NCBI GenBank assembly: GCA_003707115.1
Contig: PPNB01000003.1
Coordinates: 1-64,000 of the forward strand
DNA: 64,000 nucleotides
Source: Tortispora ganteri
Taxonomy: Eukaryota
Direction of reading: 5' to 3'
Under the pieces are notes generated by a model. That model worked only from the letters and a program-made list of their open reading frames with translations, ran no database searches and was not told where the DNA came from. Below are positions 37,821 to 50,721 of this stretch, piece by piece. Numbering within the stretch: position 1 is the first letter of the stretch; each line of letters begins with the position of its first letter. The position numbers were made by a program, and so were the translations under genes.

Positions 37821-40259
37821 ATGAAGAGTGTTCGCTGCCTTTTCAAACTTTCTGAACGCCAAAATCAACCAGACCGTATCAATCCTTCACCAAACGATAG
37901 TATTGAGTTTATAGAGGCATCTAGCACTAAATCATTCGACAAAAAACATGACAACTATATTTCCGTTGTCTCTGCAGACGACCTTCCTTTTACTACAAAG
38001 GAACTACTAGAAGAACAGATTTCTCACGAGTTCGACTACGACCCTAACGCAGCAGAAGATGAGGCTATTGCAAATGTCGATGACGACTACTACGCTGGCG
38101 AAAACAATGAGGAAAACTCACCTTACCCTGAAGTTAGAGCAGCTGTTCCTGCTATTGATGATCCCGAAATACCATGCAGTACCGTCCGTGCATGGGTCAT
38201 TGGCTTTGTGTTGATCACTATTGGTACGGGCTGTAACATGTTGTTCCATCTGCATGCGCCAGTTTTCTCAATTTCAAGTTTTGTTGCCTCCTTTATTGCC
38301 TGGCCTCTTGGTAGAGCATGGGATCGTCTTGTTCCAGATGTTAAGTTACTTGGAGTGCCCTTGAATCCTGGTCCATTCTCACTTAAAGAGCATACTCTAG
38401 TCACTGTCATGGCCGGAGTCTCGTTCAGTACTGCCTACTCTTTTGAGATTTTCTTAGCACTGCAACAATTTTACAATTTTAGTTACGGCCCAGGTTTTCA
38501 GATAGTAATTACTCTTTCTATGCAGCTAATTGGCTTTGCTATATCTGGCATTTTACGTACTGCATTGGTCTCACCTGCGTCTATGATTTGGCCCTCTAAT
38601 TTGGTTGCCTCTACATTCTTGACTAATATACATCAGAACGTTAACTACCGTGCTGGAAGATGGAAAATCTCTCGTCTTCGGTTTTACATCTACGTCATGA
38701 TTGGCTCGTTCATTTGGTCTTGGTTTCCTGGTGTGTTTGCTCCATTTCTCAGCTACTTTGCTTGGCCAACATGGATCGCTCCAAACAGCACCATTATTAA
38801 CCAACTCTTTGGTGCCTCAACTGGTCTTGGGTTTATGCCAATTTCTTTTGACTGGAATCAAATTGCTGGCTATATAGGTTCCCCGTTAGTACCTCCCTTC
38901 TTCACTATCGGAACAACTGCTTTGTCTATTCTCATAATCTACTGGATAATTGTTCCTATTATATACTACACTAACTCTTATTTTTCGTCCTATATGCCTA
39001 TTTCAGACAATTACATATATGACCGATATCAGAAAGAATATGACGTGCCGCGAATAATGACAGCAGATCATCGGTTTAACCAAGCCGCATACGAGGCGTA
39101 TTCTCCACTGTATTTAAGTGCTACTTTCATGATCGCCTACGGTATGAGCTTTGCATCTGTAACATCTACTATTACACATACTATATGCTTTCATGCTAAG
39201 CAGATTGTCAGTCATTGGCGAGATCGCCAAGGGCCTGGTGATGATATTCATGCGAAGCTGATGCGAGCGTATAAGGAAGTACCATTTTGGATTTACATAA
39301 TAATTTTTGCCGGATCATTTGGTATGTGTGTGGCAGGTATTTATGCTTGGAAAACGGATATGCCTATATGGGCACTGATCCTAGCACTGGTAATTGCTTT
39401 TACAATGGCGCTACCAATCGGTATAATAACAGCTGTTACGAATATCACTGTCGGGTTGAATGTTATCACTGAGTTTATCATTGGTTATATTCTTCCAGGT
39501 AGGCCTATTTGCATGATGCTTTTCAAAGGCTATGGTTATATTTCAATGGCTCAGGCTATGTCTTTTTTATCAAACCAGAAACTCGGACATTACCTGAAGA
39601 TTCCCCCGAGATCACTGTTTGCGGCCCAACTCGTAGGCACAACATGGTCCGCTCTAGTGGAGACAGGCGTCTACAATTTTGCAATTCACCACATAAAAGA
39701 TATTTGCCAAGCTGATCAGCCCAGCAAGTTTACCTGCCCTACAGGACGTACGTTTTACAACGCGTCGGTATTCTGGGGTGTTATTGGCCCAGCTAAATTG
39801 TTTAGCAGTGGACAACTGTACAATAATTTGCTGTACTTCTTTCTGCTCGGTGCCCTGTTGCCCATTGCCAGTTGGTGTTTGATCAAATACGGAGGGAAAA
39901 AGCGATTTAGCTGGGTACAGTACATTCATTGGCCAGTATTCTTTTCATCTACAAGCGCAATTCCGCCGGCGACTGCGTACAATTACACATCATGGTGCGT
40001 GATCGGCTTCATATTCCAATACTGGATCAAAACTAAGCACTTCCATTGGTGGTCTAAGTACAACTACTCTTTGTCTTCCGCGCTAGATCTGGGACTCGCG
40101 TTTGGGATGCTTCTTCAGTTCTTCGCCATATCGTTGCCCGGTCACAGGTTCCCAGAATGGTGGGGCACTAAGGTGATAGAAACCACAAAGGACTATCTCA
40201 ATACAGCTATACGCTTCACCTTAGAGCCTGGAGAAAGCTTCGGTCTGACTAAGTGGTAA
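37821..40259 (+). CDS. OPT-family oligopeptide transporter (copy 1)
   Basis: ENSPYPEVRAAV, NPGPFSLKEH, MIWP, DWNQI, KLGHYLKIPPR and WWSKYNY motifs. Confidence 0.95.
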   Translation: MKSVRCLFKLSERQNQPDRINPSPNDSIEFIEASSTKSFDKKHDNYISVVSADDLPFTTKELLEEQISHEFDYDPNAAEDEAIANVDDDYYAGENNEENSPYPEVRAAVPAIDDPEIPCSTVRAWVIGFVLITIGTGCNMLFHLHAPVFSISSFVASFIAWPLGRAWDRLVPDVKLLGVPLNPGPFSLKEHTLVTVMAGVSFSTAYSFEIFLALQQFYNFSYGPGFQIVITLSMQLIGFAISGILRTALVSPASMIWPSNLVASTFLTNIHQNVNYRAGRWKISRLRFYIYVMIGSFIWSWFPGVFAPFLSYFAWPTWIAPNSTIINQLFGASTGLGFMPISFDWNQIAGYIGSPLVPPFFTIGTTALSILIIYWIIVPIIYYTNSYFSSYMPISDNYIYDRYQKEYDVPRIMTADHRFNQAAYEAYSPLYLSATFMIAYGMSFASVTSTITHTICFHAKQIVSHWRDRQGPGDDIHAKLMRAYKEVPFWIYIIIFAGSFGMCVAGIYAWKTDMPIWALILALVIAFTMALPIGIITAVTNITVGLNVITEFIIGYILPGRPICMMLFKGYGYISMAQAMSFLSNQKLGHYLKIPPRSLFAAQLVGTTWSALVETGVYNFAIHHIKDICQADQPSKFTCPTGRTFYNASVFWGVIGPAKLFSSGQLYNNLLYFFLLGALLPIASWCLIKYGGKKRFSWVQYIHWPVFFSSTSAIPPATAYNYTSWCVIGFIFQYWIKTKHFHWWSKYNYSLSSALDLGLAFGMLLQFFAISLPGHRFPEWWGTKVIETTKDYLNTAIRFTLEPGESFGLTKW

Positions 40260-41044
40260 TTGACTCTCTCATCACTGTACATTATTCAGTCTGCATTAGT
40301 TAGAATATTGGCTGGTTCCCTGACGAGACATGTACAAACAAACAGATTGTGATGTGCATTAGCACACTCGACTGAACTCTTGGCATAGCAACCAACGAAA
40401 GTTTATAGTATTTTAATTATCCATCTTAGCAAATACTACTCTACTACTGTAGTATCCAAAATTAGTGCTATAGTCTAAATTGGCCGTTAAATGTGGCCCT
40501 ATATTGACTAAACATCATGCATGACGCAATTTTCATAGATAAGACTATTACAATGTTCTATGGATGAATTTAGGAGAATCCTCTTTCTACAGGTCACAAC
40601 GGCCCTTGTGGCATGTCAATTACAGCCACCTTTTTTTTTGGCGAAAACGGCAGCCGCCACTATTAAGCCCTTAACAGCGAATTGAATTAACGCTATTTAG
40701 CCCCTGTGTATATTTTGAATCTATTTGATCTTAATTAGCGGAACCGATGGCGCAATCGCTTGGGCGGCAATGGTGAGGAATTGTATAGCGAATAAATTGA
40801 CGTTCCCCTTCCAACGTCGATCTTCTCCTTTATAACCTCTGGATTTTCAGTTCCTTTTTCTTCATTAACATACTTCTATTGAATTTCATTTAGCTTTCCT
40901 GGTTTTTTTTTTATAGTGTCAGCTTCCCTGTCTGTTTTCCAGTTTCGTGTTCTATTCGCGTTATTCATACAACAGCTCACTCGCTCTTCTTTGACTTAAA
41001 TAGTTTACATTATAACATTGCCGGTATAGTCAGCATTTATTCAA

Positions 41045-43465
41045 ATGGTTCTGAAATTGCTAGGGCTACGCCGGCGCAGTACACACTCAGACAACACTTC
41101 TGCGGATCTACAAGTAAATACGACAGTGGAAGCAGCTATTACTAAATCTGCCAAAACCGTTTCATCTGATGGCGTGTCGGTTATCTCTCTAGAAAAATCT
41201 CATGCTGTAAATCAGCTTGAAAAGCAAGTGTCCCTTGAATTTGGGTATGATCCTAACGCTGCCGAGGACGAAGTCATATCACACATTGATGACGACTACT
41301 ATGCCGGTGATAACGACGAAGAAAACTCTCCGTACCCAGAAGTTCGAGCTGCAGTCCCTGTAGGCGATGACCCGTACATGTCTTGTAACACTTTTCGCGC
41401 GTGGTTCATTGGTTTCGTGCTGGTCACAATAGGAACCGGCAGCAATATGCTATTCCATCTACATTCTCCAGTTTTTACTATCTCCAGCTTCGTTGCTTCC
41501 TTTATTGCATGGCCTATAGGTAGAGCCTGGGACCGCATTGTTCCTGATATAAGAATTTGCGGAATTGACCTTAACCCTGGTCCATTTTCAATTAAAGAAC
41601 ATACTGTCGTTACAGTGATGGCTGGTGTTTCTTTTAGTACAGCTTACTCGTTTGAGATCTTCTTGGCTCTACAACAGTTCTATAAATTTGAATATGGCCC
41701 AGGCTTTCAGATTCTTGTCACGCTCTCTATGCAGCTAATAGGTTTTTCCATATCTGGCCTACTGCGTTCTATTCTAGTCACCCCTGCGTCAATGATCTGG
41801 CCCGCCAATCTTGTATCTGCTACTTTCTTGACAAATATCCATCAAAATGTCAATTATCGAGCAGGTAAATGGAAAATATCTCGTCTACGCTTTTACCTCT
41901 ACGTCATGATTGGTTCGTTCATTTGGTTCTGGTTTCCTGGAGTGTTTGCTCCGTTCCTCAGTTATTTCGCCTGGCCTACTTGGATTGCACCTAACAATGA
42001 TGTAGTCAATCAGCTTTTTGGCGCCTCGAGTGGTCTTGGATTAATGCCTGTATCATTTGATTGGAATCAAGTAGCTGGTTATATTGGTTCTCCCCTTATT
42101 CCACCATTTTTCACCATTGGCACGACTGCTCTTTCTATTATACTCATATACTGGACCGTCGTTCCTGCCATATACTACACCAATACTTTCTTCTCATCTT
42201 ACCTACCTATTTCAGACAACAATATATACGATCGATATCAACAGGAATACGACGTTAGAAGGATTCTTTCTCCAGACCACAGACTCAACGTTGCGGCATA
42301 TCAGGCATATTCCCCACTCTACATGAGCACTACATTTATAGTATCTTACGGCATGAGCTTTGCATCTATTATGTCTACTATTACACACACTTTTCTATTT
42401 CATGGAAAGCAGATTGTCAAGCATTGGAAGCACCGACAAGACACTGAAGATGACATTCACACGCGCTTAATGCGAGTTTACAAAGAAGTACCTCATTGGG
42501 TTTATGGACTGATTTTTCTCACGTCATTTGGGATGGCTGTATCTGCTATATATGCTTGGGATACTGGCATGCCTATCTGGGCTCTGATTTTGGCCTTGGT
42601 ATTCTCATTTGCTATGACTATGCCTATAGGTATCATTGCTGCGATCACCAACATCACGGTTGGACTGAATGTGATAACTGAATTCATCATTGGCTACGTA
42701 TTGCCTGGAAGACCTATTTCGATGATGCTTTTTAAGGGGTATGGATACATTGCTATGGCGCAAGCGGTTCAGTTTGTACAAAATCAAAAACTGGGTCACT
42801 ATATGAAGATTCCTCCGAGGACTCTTTTTGCGGCTCAAGCGATTGCCACTGTGTGGTCAGCTCTTGTTGAGACGGGTGTATACAACTTTGCTACTCATAC
42901 TATAGAAGATATTTGCTTGCCGCACCAGTCCTCTCAATTCACATGTCCTACAGGGCGTACGTTTTTTAATGCTTCTGTTTTTTGGGGAGTAATTGGGCCT
43001 GCGCGAATGTTTAGCAGCGGGATGTTGTACAACAAGCTTCTCTATTTTTTCATTGTTGGAGCATTCCTGCCGGTTATAAGCTGGTTTTTGCTGAGATATG
43101 GAGGAAAACGGTTGAGCTGGGTACAGTATATCCACTGGCCGGTTTTTTTTGCATCAACTGGGTCAATTCCGCCTGCAACTCCGTATAATTATGCGTCATG
43201 GTGTTTTATTGGTTTTATATTCAACTATTGGATAAAAAGGAAACATTTCCATTGGTGGGCCAAATACAATTACTCTTTATCTTCTGCATTAGATCTTGGT
43301 CTTGCCTTTGGCATGCTCGTGAAATTCTTTGCAGTATCCTTACCAGGGCTGCATTTTCCTGCATGGTGGGGTGTTACAGTAGTTCAAACTACAAAAGACA
43401 CACTTGATACTGCAATTCGTTTTATATTAGCGCCTGGGGAAAGTTTTGGACTTACACAATGGTGA
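41045..43465 (+). CDS. OPT-family oligopeptide transporter (copy 2, tandem paralog)
   Basis: Same motifs (SPYPEVRAAV, NPGPFSIKEH, KLGHYMKIPPR); colinear with copy 1 from about residue 65 to the C-terminus. Confidence 0.95.
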   Translation: MVLKLLGLRRRSTHSDNTSADLQVNTTVEAAITKSAKTVSSDGVSVISLEKSHAVNQLEKQVSLEFGYDPNAAEDEVISHIDDDYYAGDNDEENSPYPEVRAAVPVGDDPYMSCNTFRAWFIGFVLVTIGTGSNMLFHLHSPVFTISSFVASFIAWPIGRAWDRIVPDIRICGIDLNPGPFSIKEHTVVTVMAGVSFSTAYSFEIFLALQQFYKFEYGPGFQILVTLSMQLIGFSISGLLRSILVTPASMIWPANLVSATFLTNIHQNVNYRAGKWKISRLRFYLYVMIGSFIWFWFPGVFAPFLSYFAWPTWIAPNNDVVNQLFGASSGLGLMPVSFDWNQVAGYIGSPLIPPFFTIGTTALSIILIYWTVVPAIYYTNTFFSSYLPISDNNIYDRYQQEYDVRRILSPDHRLNVAAYQAYSPLYMSTTFIVSYGMSFASIMSTITHTFLFHGKQIVKHWKHRQDTEDDIHTRLMRVYKEVPHWVYGLIFLTSFGMAVSAIYAWDTGMPIWALILALVFSFAMTMPIGIIAAITNITVGLNVITEFIIGYVLPGRPISMMLFKGYGYIAMAQAVQFVQNQKLGHYMKIPPRTLFAAQAIATVWSALVETGVYNFATHTIEDICLPHQSSQFTCPTGRTFFNASVFWGVIGPARMFSSGMLYNKLLYFFIVGAFLPVISWFLLRYGGKRLSWVQYIHWPVFFASTGSIPPATPYNYASWCFIGFIFNYWIKRKHFHWWAKYNYSLSSALDLGLAFGMLVKFFAVSLPGLHFPAWWGVTVVQTTKDTLDTAIRFILAPGESFGLTQW

Positions 43466-43642
43466 TATAATTGATAATGAAGGATTTTTGGGGTATAAGC
43501 CTTTAAATAATTGGCTTAAAACCGCACATCATTATACTATAATGTCTTCTAAAATCAATTTCTGCTTTTCTTATTGATTATCACTGCTCTCAATTCAATC
43601 TTGTATATCTTTATTCATCATTTTGACCGCATCGCCTAATAA

Positions 43643-43651
43643 GTCACGTGA
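43643..43651. promoter_or_regulatory. Cbf1-type E-box upstream of the BER1-like gene
   Basis: GTCACGTGA about 50 nt upstream of ATG 43702. Confidence 0.4.
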
Positions 43652-43701
43652 TCCTCATATAAACATATAATTACCCCATCAATACCTTCTGCTTCACTTT
43701 C

Positions 43702-44391
43702 ATGTCCGAGTTCACTACTGTACGCGCCAAAAGACGGCACAAAAATGATTATGCGAAAATAAAAACTGTCGAAGATCATTTTCAGACATTTAAATTGAAG
43801 TATGCACAAATAAAAACTTCAAAATTCAGCAAAACACTATTAGAATCAATAGATATTCAAAAGGAAATAGATCGCGTCAAACAGATTCGCTGCCTGGCTT
43901 TAGGTAAAATTACAGATACCTTCCCTGCCATGTACCAGCTTTGTCTAGCTGTACTTCTGCGAGAACATTTAAAGGTTTCTATAACTGCATGGGACCCGCT
44001 ATTCACAGACATGGATAGACAGCTGTTGTTAGCCTTAGATATACCAGTTATCCGTGATGAAGATATCAATAACCCAGAAGAAATATTCTTCTTTATGCCA
44101 CATGCCCCTGTAAAATTATTGGACTATTTATTGCTTATTGGCCCGCGTTTTATCCTTGGAAATAACATGTATAACTACTCCGAAAGGCCCATATTCCCGA
44201 AAGGATGCGAAACCCTCAAAACCGCCACTGACACGCATGCATGGAAAGTAGTACAGTACCCAGAAAGCCTGATTATTAACACTTCCTACTATTCAGCATT
44301 TAATGACATGGCCTTGCATGTGCGCTCTAACGATTTCACGACCGCCTCTGATCATCCTTTCACCCTCCCTACAGAAGTTCTTGAGTATTAA
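43702..44391 (+). CDS. BER1: SRR1-domain protein, Ber1-like
   Basis: IRCLALG, AMYQL, WDPLFT, FFMPHAP, ILGNN and AFND motifs of the SRR1 family. Confidence 0.82.
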   Translation: MSEFTTVRAKRRHKNDYAKIKTVEDHFQTFKLKYAQIKTSKFSKTLLESIDIQKEIDRVKQIRCLALGKITDTFPAMYQLCLAVLLREHLKVSITAWDPLFTDMDRQLLLALDIPVIRDEDINNPEEIFFFMPHAPVKLLDYLLLIGPRFILGNNMYNYSERPIFPKGCETLKTATDTHAWKVVQYPESLIINTSYYSAFNDMALHVRSNDFTTASDHPFTLPTEVLEY

Positions 44392-44454
44392 TTGGTAATA
44401 TTACTACGCTAGGTTTTTTTTTAAGTAACTTAATATATTTCTTATGTATAGATT

Positions 44455-47400
44455 CTATAATCCAGAGGATGCTGGAATCTTGTCGTTCTCATACATATCC
44501 CAGTGATCCAAAATGAACTTCACCCGGTCGCTCTTGGTGAGTTCGTAGACCTCCTCGAAGTAGTCCTTGGTAATCTCAAAGGGACGCGCAGTTAGGTTAG
44601 GAATATACTTTCCAACTAAATCAGATGTCTTAATAGCACTTGCCGGAAGCTTTTTGCTCAGGAAGCTTCGGAAAGGCTTGACGCCGTTGCGCAAATATGT
44701 AGAATGGAAAGGTACAGATATGCCCTTCAACGGGATAACAGCAAATCCTCGCTCTAAATCAATAGGTTGCGGCTTCTCAATAGATTTCTGTGCAACATCA
44801 GATACAATCTCGGTAAGATGCTCTGTCAGCTTTTCCAACCCAAGCGTCTCCATGAGCTTGGAAATATCAATCTTCTGAACTTTCAGAAAATTCAACACAT
44901 TGGTCATAGTGTCAAGTCCGCGCAAATCTCCTGCAGTAACGTATTGCTGGTTCTCAACATTGAAATTTACAATCTCTAAAAGCCAGCCAGTCTGCGTACC
45001 AATATGATCAACAACGTATCTAAGTGCTTTGTCATCAAATGTAGGCGAAACTCTAGAAGGGTTCACAGCGCACATGCCATAGTTAGATCGGCCGTTGGCA
45101 TCACGCGGAACAGCAACTTGCATGGTCATTCCACGATAGAACACAATGTCTGAAAGTGCTTCAATAGGCAGAACATTACCAAGTGACGCTAATGCAGAAT
45201 ACTCTCCTAAAGAGTGCCCGGCAAACGTTGATTCAGTGGGTACAAGACCCTTGGATTTCATATCTTCGAAAGCAGCCTTCTCCATAAGCGTCAAAGCCGG
45301 TTGCGTAAATTGAGTAGCAGAAATAAGACCGTCCTCGCTGGTAAATGTGTATGATAGTGTATTCTCATCGATACTCTTGAAAATGCGTTCATGTTTAGGT
45401 TCTCCATTAGAATCAACATACTCGAACATCATAGACATATAATTTTCGCGAATTCTCTTACCACGGGCTCCTCCAAAGTGAACAGTGCATTCTCGCGGAT
45501 TATTCTTAACAATGTCAATAATAGAGAACCCATAATTGCTCCTAAAATGCTCATCGGCTCTATCCCACACTCTGCGCGCAACTTCGGATGACTGATAAAG
45601 GTCCATACCCATGCCTCGTTCTTGTGAACCTTGACCAGTAAAAACAAAAGCGCTTGTAGGCTGTTCAACTTCAGCTTCACCAGAGAGAACCACGCTATCA
45701 GTTTCTTGGTTACGTGCCTCGACGCTGACAATTTTTCGGCCGTTGATCATTCCAATTTGCTTGAGAGTAACAACAAGAGTATCATCAGGAAGGACCATTC
45801 CAACGAAGTCGCACTTGTAAGAGCGCACACGAGTAGAAACACTCTCGGCAGCCCATACTTCAACTAAACTTCTAACAGCTGCTGATGTATACATTCCATG
45901 AGTGATGTTTCCGTGAAGACCAACATAAGCAGCAAAAACAGGAGATACATGTATTGGATTGTAGTCTCCAGAAACTCTTGCGTAGTTTTCATTTGATCCA
46001 GGAGCACGAAGAATCAAGGGCTGTTCAGGATCAGACAAAGGAGTAGCGTTCTCAAACATGAAAGGCTCTTCGATAGTTTTGCCATTTCTTTGTAAATAAT
46101 CAATAACAGGGTTTCCTAACGACACTGAGTCCTCGTAGTAATTGACGGTTCCAACCTGAATAACCTCATTCGTTGGTAATTCCATAGTGATATCACCTGT
46201 GGTTTCAACTAAAGAGAAAGCATTGGCATTTTTATATCTCATGTAAGAATGAAGTCTGAATGTGAGCGTTTTTCCAATTAGATCTCCTTCATAATCAAGC
46301 GAAATCCATTCCTTGGACTTAAGCACCGCTATGTCCTTGACAGACTTAAGTTGCAGTTGCATAGGAGTCTCTGTCTTAGATTCGAATGTGTTCTCAAAAT
46401 CCTCATAAGTTCCACGATACAAGAATCGAGAGGTGACTTGAATGACTTGCTCTCCATCGCGAAGAACAGTACCAACAACCTCTACCATCTTTCCAGACTC
46501 TTGGTTAATAACAGCATTGATTTTTGCAACAGTTTCAACAACATCTCCTGCACTCAGCGGCTTCTGTCTAGGGAATACACGGAAAGCATTAGACAAATGG
46601 ACCAACTTTAAAAGATCACCGTCAATTTCCTTGGGGAAAATTGCCTGGATAATTGATTTCCATCCTAAAACAATTGTGAAGTCTATAGGAGCCAAAGTAA
46701 CTTTACCTTGACGCTCAACGTAAGCCTCGCCATGATTGCCAACAGCATGAACAAAATCTGCAATTGCTTTTGAAGTGATGGTAACACGCTCTCCAGAGAA
46801 AGTTGAGGATAAATCTTGGCAGACTTTGTAGGGGCATGCGTTGCCAAACCAAAGTTTCCAGTAAAATTCCTTGATATGGTCGTTACGATTTTCCATGACT
46901 TCCTGAATGGGTGCAAAACCGAGTTCAGGTACATAATTGAAAGTCAGAGTTAAAGTTGTAGGTTTTCCATCGGCTGTGCGATACTCGATCAAATTCAAAA
47001 ATATCTTCTTTCCTTCCTGGAATAATGTAAGTGTTTCGACCTGCTTTCCTTGGACTTTGTCAACAATTGAGATTCGGCATTTATCAATGTCATCCACATT
47101 TTCAATGACAATGCGGCGAGAAGAAGATGGAGCAAATAATCTTCTAGCGGGATTGTTCTGGTATTTGGTTCCTTGAACAAAAATATTAGAAGTGAAAAAG
47201 GCATGACGCCATGAGTATTTCTCTCCACCAAGTATTGCCATCCATTCGTCGGTAGACAGCGTAAGGGAGTCATCGGAAAGACCCTCAAAGCAATAGACAG
47301 TGCGATTCTTCTCTTCAATTTCAGTAAGACCCTCCACAATATGACGAGACGCATTATCCTGAATAATGTTTCCTCCAATGTATTCAATGGTAGGAATAGA

Positions 47401-50400
47401 TTTAGTGTCTCCATCATAATAATCTCTCAACAAGTAGGCAATGTGAGACTCATGAATTTCTCCCAGAATTTCCTTGATAGGTTGATTGATCTTGGTGGTA
47501 TGTTTGGCGGCTACAGGACCCTGCAAAATACAGGTTCTCTGAACATCTTGACCCCATACCGCGGCCAGATCCTCAGATTGCCAAAGAGAATCTTTCTTGA
47601 AAAAAAATTCGAAGTTATCGTCAAGTACCGGAACAAAAGGAACAGGCTTCTGCAGAGGATTTAGACAAAGTATAATAAAGTACTCTCTATCTTGACCAGT
47701 AAGCAATTGGTTCTTAGCTTCAGGATAAGCGGCAATAACAGTTTCAATAAAAGAATATGGATCGTCAAGCTGTGAATTATTTTGAATGATAGAGGGGCGG
47801 CCAGAGGACGAGCTGCCGACAAAGCGCTCTTCAAGGCGACGAATGAATTCTGCAGTCATGTTTCTCAAAGAGACATCAATCCACCGCTTCTCACTAACAA
47901 CATATTGCAATTCAATGAGGCGCTTAAGAACTTCAGCATAAGTCATATCCTCAAGGTCACATGCCTCACCTTCAGAATTACAGCCAAACCAAGGCTTCTG
48001 GAAATCAGCATTTAATTTCTTCACAATATAGTCTTTGTGTTTCAGCAAGTATTCAACTCGCTTTGCCTTAGGCAACGAGAACACCTTCTCGTCCATTTCT
48101 TTCCAGAGGAGAACACCACGAGTAGCCAATTTGTGGATAGGCTCTCCCATCTCTGACAAAACAGTGATGACACCACCAGTAGCCTTCTTGTAAGTGTCTT
48201 CCCAGTTGCTATCTGAAACACCGGGAGCTTCCATGATAGCTTTCTTCGCCTCATATGAGGTGTGAGCCTCTTTGGCCGTCATCATTCTAGAGCCGAATAC
48301 GATGGCATCGAAAGGCATTGGAGGATAAGAGAACTCCTGAGACCACTGACCGGTGAGGTAGGGATAAGTATCATCCGCACCACCAAATCCAGAGCCAGCA
48401 ACTAAAACAATGTTAGGGCAGCGTCGAATTCGTCCATACATTGTCAAGATAGGCGTATGGAAGTCCTCATAGGAATGATGACCACCTGCACGACCACCAG
48501 TCCATTGAAGGATAATCGGGAAATTGGGATGTGCTCTAGCAATGTTTATGACAGCTTGAATTGCATCAGTTGAACCAGGTTTGAAAGCAATGTGTTTGAG
48601 TCCAAGAGTGTTGATATATTCAGAAGCAACTTCAAGGGAAGGAACACCGGCGCCAATTGTAATACCCTCAATGGGATACCCCTTGCCGCGTAGTTCCCCA
48701 ACAAGAGGAATAGCCCATCTCATCAAATTGGGGTTTACATAGATCAAATTAATAGTAATACCAGATCCGGGTGTGGTGTTTTTCTCAACAAACTCAATAG
48801 CCTTGGTAAGCATAGAAGGCATAAAATAGGCACCACCTGCGAGTTCGATATGGAAGCCAGCATTCATAGTAGCAGCAACAAAATCTGGTGGAACAGTTGT
48901 AGGAGTCATACCAGCAACCATTACAGGAGGAACACCTAGAAGTCGTGTGAACTTCGTATCAACGAAAGTGTCGCCGAGTGAATTGGTTATGAGCTTAGGT
49001 CGGAATTCCTTGAACCAGTTCATTGCATATATAACAGAAGAATCCTCACGGTCAAAGAGCTCAGATTTAAACCCGAGCTCAGTGTTGCTGCCACCTTCGA
49101 AGGCCCCACCTACAATAACACGAACGCCAGTTCCGTCCTTATTGCGTAGAGTCAAAGCACCTAGACCAGACACACCGCCCGGGCCAAAATCGATTATATG
49201 AGTAGCCTCAAAGTTGGTTGCGGCGGGCCAGATAACAGGAAAGCGAAGAATTAATAGGACGAGGCGTGGAATGATGTTCTCCACTTCTTCGGGGTCTGTG
49301 GTGGTGGAAAGATCGTGACCATCGTAGGTGTCAAACACAGGGATTCCGAGTTTATGAGCAGGTAAGCTTATATTTCTAATATCTTTGAACACTAGTTCAG
49401 TGGCCATGTCAGAGTAAGGAGAATGGAAGGGAGCAGAAATGGGTAAGAACTTGTTCGAAATCCTGAGTTTGCGCTGAGTATGAGGTATTCTAGTCTGATC
49501 CATTCCGGTTTGAGCTTTGATTTTACGCAAAGATTTGTTAAACCCGTAGAGTGATTGAGGGGGTCCTGTTACGACAAAATTCTGAGTTCCGTTAGCCAAA
49601 GAGATGCTGATGTGTTTCTCAGTAGGAAGATGCTTATTAGTCAAATCCACATATTTCTGAACCTGATCGCGATTTAGCTCGCGAACAGACAACATAGGAG
49701 ATGGCTTTCCTTCACCCTGCTCTACGGAGTCGCGAACAAGAGCTGGCGGAAGAGAGGTTCGAGGATATTTCTGCTGACTTCTGATGGCAATCCAGAATAG
49801 GATAGTCAGGGCATTAAACACGTTCTCCATGAAAGATTCCCACGAATCGGATGCAGAGATGGCAGCGGCGGTGACTACACCTTGAGAGTGGCCAGTTGCA
49901 CCGCCAAAAAGATCGCGCAGTTCGCCCGGGTGTATACCTAATATCTTGCACGTGACAGCGTAGTGAGCAAACTGAGTCAGAGCGATAAGAGGAAGTGATA
50001 CGGGTCCATCAATGAGGTAGTCTGTATCTGGGGTAGAGGAGGGATTTGCGAGCCAGTTCATTATATCCAAGCCTTTAGGGAACATTTCAGCAGCGTCTGG
50101 GTGAGAACTAAGATCAAGGAGGAATTCAGCAATAGATCGAATGAAGTCTTCAATGATAGAACCATAAACCGTGTGGACTTCGCGTAATTCGTCAAAATAC
50201 TCTTCAATGTTGCCTTGACCGCCAAAGACCACGAATACTTTAGCAGAACCAGCCTGTACTGCGCGAAAGAGGGCACTCTGGTGAGCCTTGATTGGGCGAT
50301 TAAGTGCGATTCTTGCGGCATAATAGGCGCGTATGACTTCTCTGCGCTTTTCTGGAATTCCGGGAAGAGCAACAGCTACGGCGTGAACTTCATTGCCTTG

Positions 50401-50721
50401 GAGGAAGCGAGTTTCGAATTCTCTGAGGACGATTGAGAGCATTTCGTCAAACTGACCAGGCTCGTCTTCGGACTTGTCAGTGACAAAGGAGAGGAAGCGG
50501 GCGAGGAGTTCTGGGACGGAAGAGGGCTCCTCGTCAAGCGCATACTCCTCAGTTGCCTCTGGAAGCTGGTCCTGGAAGTCATTGCGCAACAGAGTAGCAG
50601 CCTGGTACAGCGATGAAGGTACCAGGAGTGTATGTTCCAGGAGACCGTGCGAAAGTGACACAGGTCTCATTGCAGAAGCAGAATGTGGTGTGGACGCACC
50701 AGTTGTTACTCCTGTGTACAT
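44455..50721 (-). CDS. FAS1: Fatty acid synthase beta subunit (AT-ER-DH-MPT)
   Basis: 2088 aa; FGGQG, GHSQG (AT), GGRAGGHHS (ER), SGDYNPIH (DH), FTGQGSQ and AGHSLGEY (MPT). Confidence 0.98.
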   Translation of the reverse strand: MYTGVTTGASTPHSASAMRPVSLSHGLLEHTLLVPSSLYQAATLLRNDFQDQLPEATEEYALDEEPSSVPELLARFLSFVTDKSEDEPGQFDEMLSIVLREFETRFLQGNEVHAVAVALPGIPEKRREVIRAYYAARIALNRPIKAHQSALFRAVQAGSAKVFVVFGGQGNIEEYFDELREVHTVYGSIIEDFIRSIAEFLLDLSSHPDAAEMFPKGLDIMNWLANPSSTPDTDYLIDGPVSLPLIALTQFAHYAVTCKILGIHPGELRDLFGGATGHSQGVVTAAAISASDSWESFMENVFNALTILFWIAIRSQQKYPRTSLPPALVRDSVEQGEGKPSPMLSVRELNRDQVQKYVDLTNKHLPTEKHISISLANGTQNFVVTGPPQSLYGFNKSLRKIKAQTGMDQTRIPHTQRKLRISNKFLPISAPFHSPYSDMATELVFKDIRNISLPAHKLGIPVFDTYDGHDLSTTTDPEEVENIIPRLVLLILRFPVIWPAATNFEATHIIDFGPGGVSGLGALTLRNKDGTGVRVIVGGAFEGGSNTELGFKSELFDREDSSVIYAMNWFKEFRPKLITNSLGDTFVDTKFTRLLGVPPVMVAGMTPTTVPPDFVAATMNAGFHIELAGGAYFMPSMLTKAIEFVEKNTTPGSGITINLIYVNPNLMRWAIPLVGELRGKGYPIEGITIGAGVPSLEVASEYINTLGLKHIAFKPGSTDAIQAVINIARAHPNFPIILQWTGGRAGGHHSYEDFHTPILTMYGRIRRCPNIVLVAGSGFGGADDTYPYLTGQWSQEFSYPPMPFDAIVFGSRMMTAKEAHTSYEAKKAIMEAPGVSDSNWEDTYKKATGGVITVLSEMGEPIHKLATRGVLLWKEMDEKVFSLPKAKRVEYLLKHKDYIVKKLNADFQKPWFGCNSEGEACDLEDMTYAEVLKRLIELQYVVSEKRWIDVSLRNMTAEFIRRLEERFVGSSSSGRPSIIQNNSQLDDPYSFIETVIAAYPEAKNQLLTGQDREYFIILCLNPLQKPVPFVPVLDDNFEFFFKKDSLWQSEDLAAVWGQDVQRTCILQGPVAAKHTTKINQPIKEILGEIHESHIAYLLRDYYDGDTKSIPTIEYIGGNIIQDNASRHIVEGLTEIEEKNRTVYCFEGLSDDSLTLSTDEWMAILGGEKYSWRHAFFTSNIFVQGTKYQNNPARRLFAPSSSRRIVIENVDDIDKCRISIVDKVQGKQVETLTLFQEGKKIFLNLIEYRTADGKPTTLTLTFNYVPELGFAPIQEVMENRNDHIKEFYWKLWFGNACPYKVCQDLSSTFSGERVTITSKAIADFVHAVGNHGEAYVERQGKVTLAPIDFTIVLGWKSIIQAIFPKEIDGDLLKLVHLSNAFRVFPRQKPLSAGDVVETVAKINAVINQESGKMVEVVGTVLRDGEQVIQVTSRFLYRGTYEDFENTFESKTETPMQLQLKSVKDIAVLKSKEWISLDYEGDLIGKTLTFRLHSYMRYKNANAFSLVETTGDITMELPTNEVIQVGTVNYYEDSVSLGNPVIDYLQRNGKTIEEPFMFENATPLSDPEQPLILRAPGSNENYARVSGDYNPIHVSPVFAAYVGLHGNITHGMYTSAAVRSLVEVWAAESVSTRVRSYKCDFVGMVLPDDTLVVTLKQIGMINGRKIVSVEARNQETDSVVLSGEAEVEQPTSAFVFTGQGSQERGMGMDLYQSSEVARRVWDRADEHFRSNYGFSIIDIVKNNPRECTVHFGGARGKRIRENYMSMMFEYVDSNGEPKHERIFKSIDENTLSYTFTSEDGLISATQFTQPALTLMEKAAFEDMKSKGLVPTESTFAGHSLGEYSALASLGNVLPIEALSDIVFYRGMTMQVAVPRDANGRSNYGMCAVNPSRVSPTFDDKALRYVVDHIGTQTGWLLEIVNFNVENQQYVTAGDLRGLDTMTNVLNFLKVQKIDISKLMETLGLEKLTEHLTEIVSDVAQKSIEKPQPIDLERGFAVIPLKGISVPFHSTYLRNGVKPFRSFLSKKLPASAIKTSDLVGKYIPNLTARPFEITKDYFEEVYELTKSDRVKFILDHWDMYENDKIPASSGL

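Noticed and set aside
43643..43760. GTCACGTG as CDEI of a point centromere
   Set aside because: It is followed within about 50 nt by the BER1 CDS; no long AT-rich CDEII or CDEIII.
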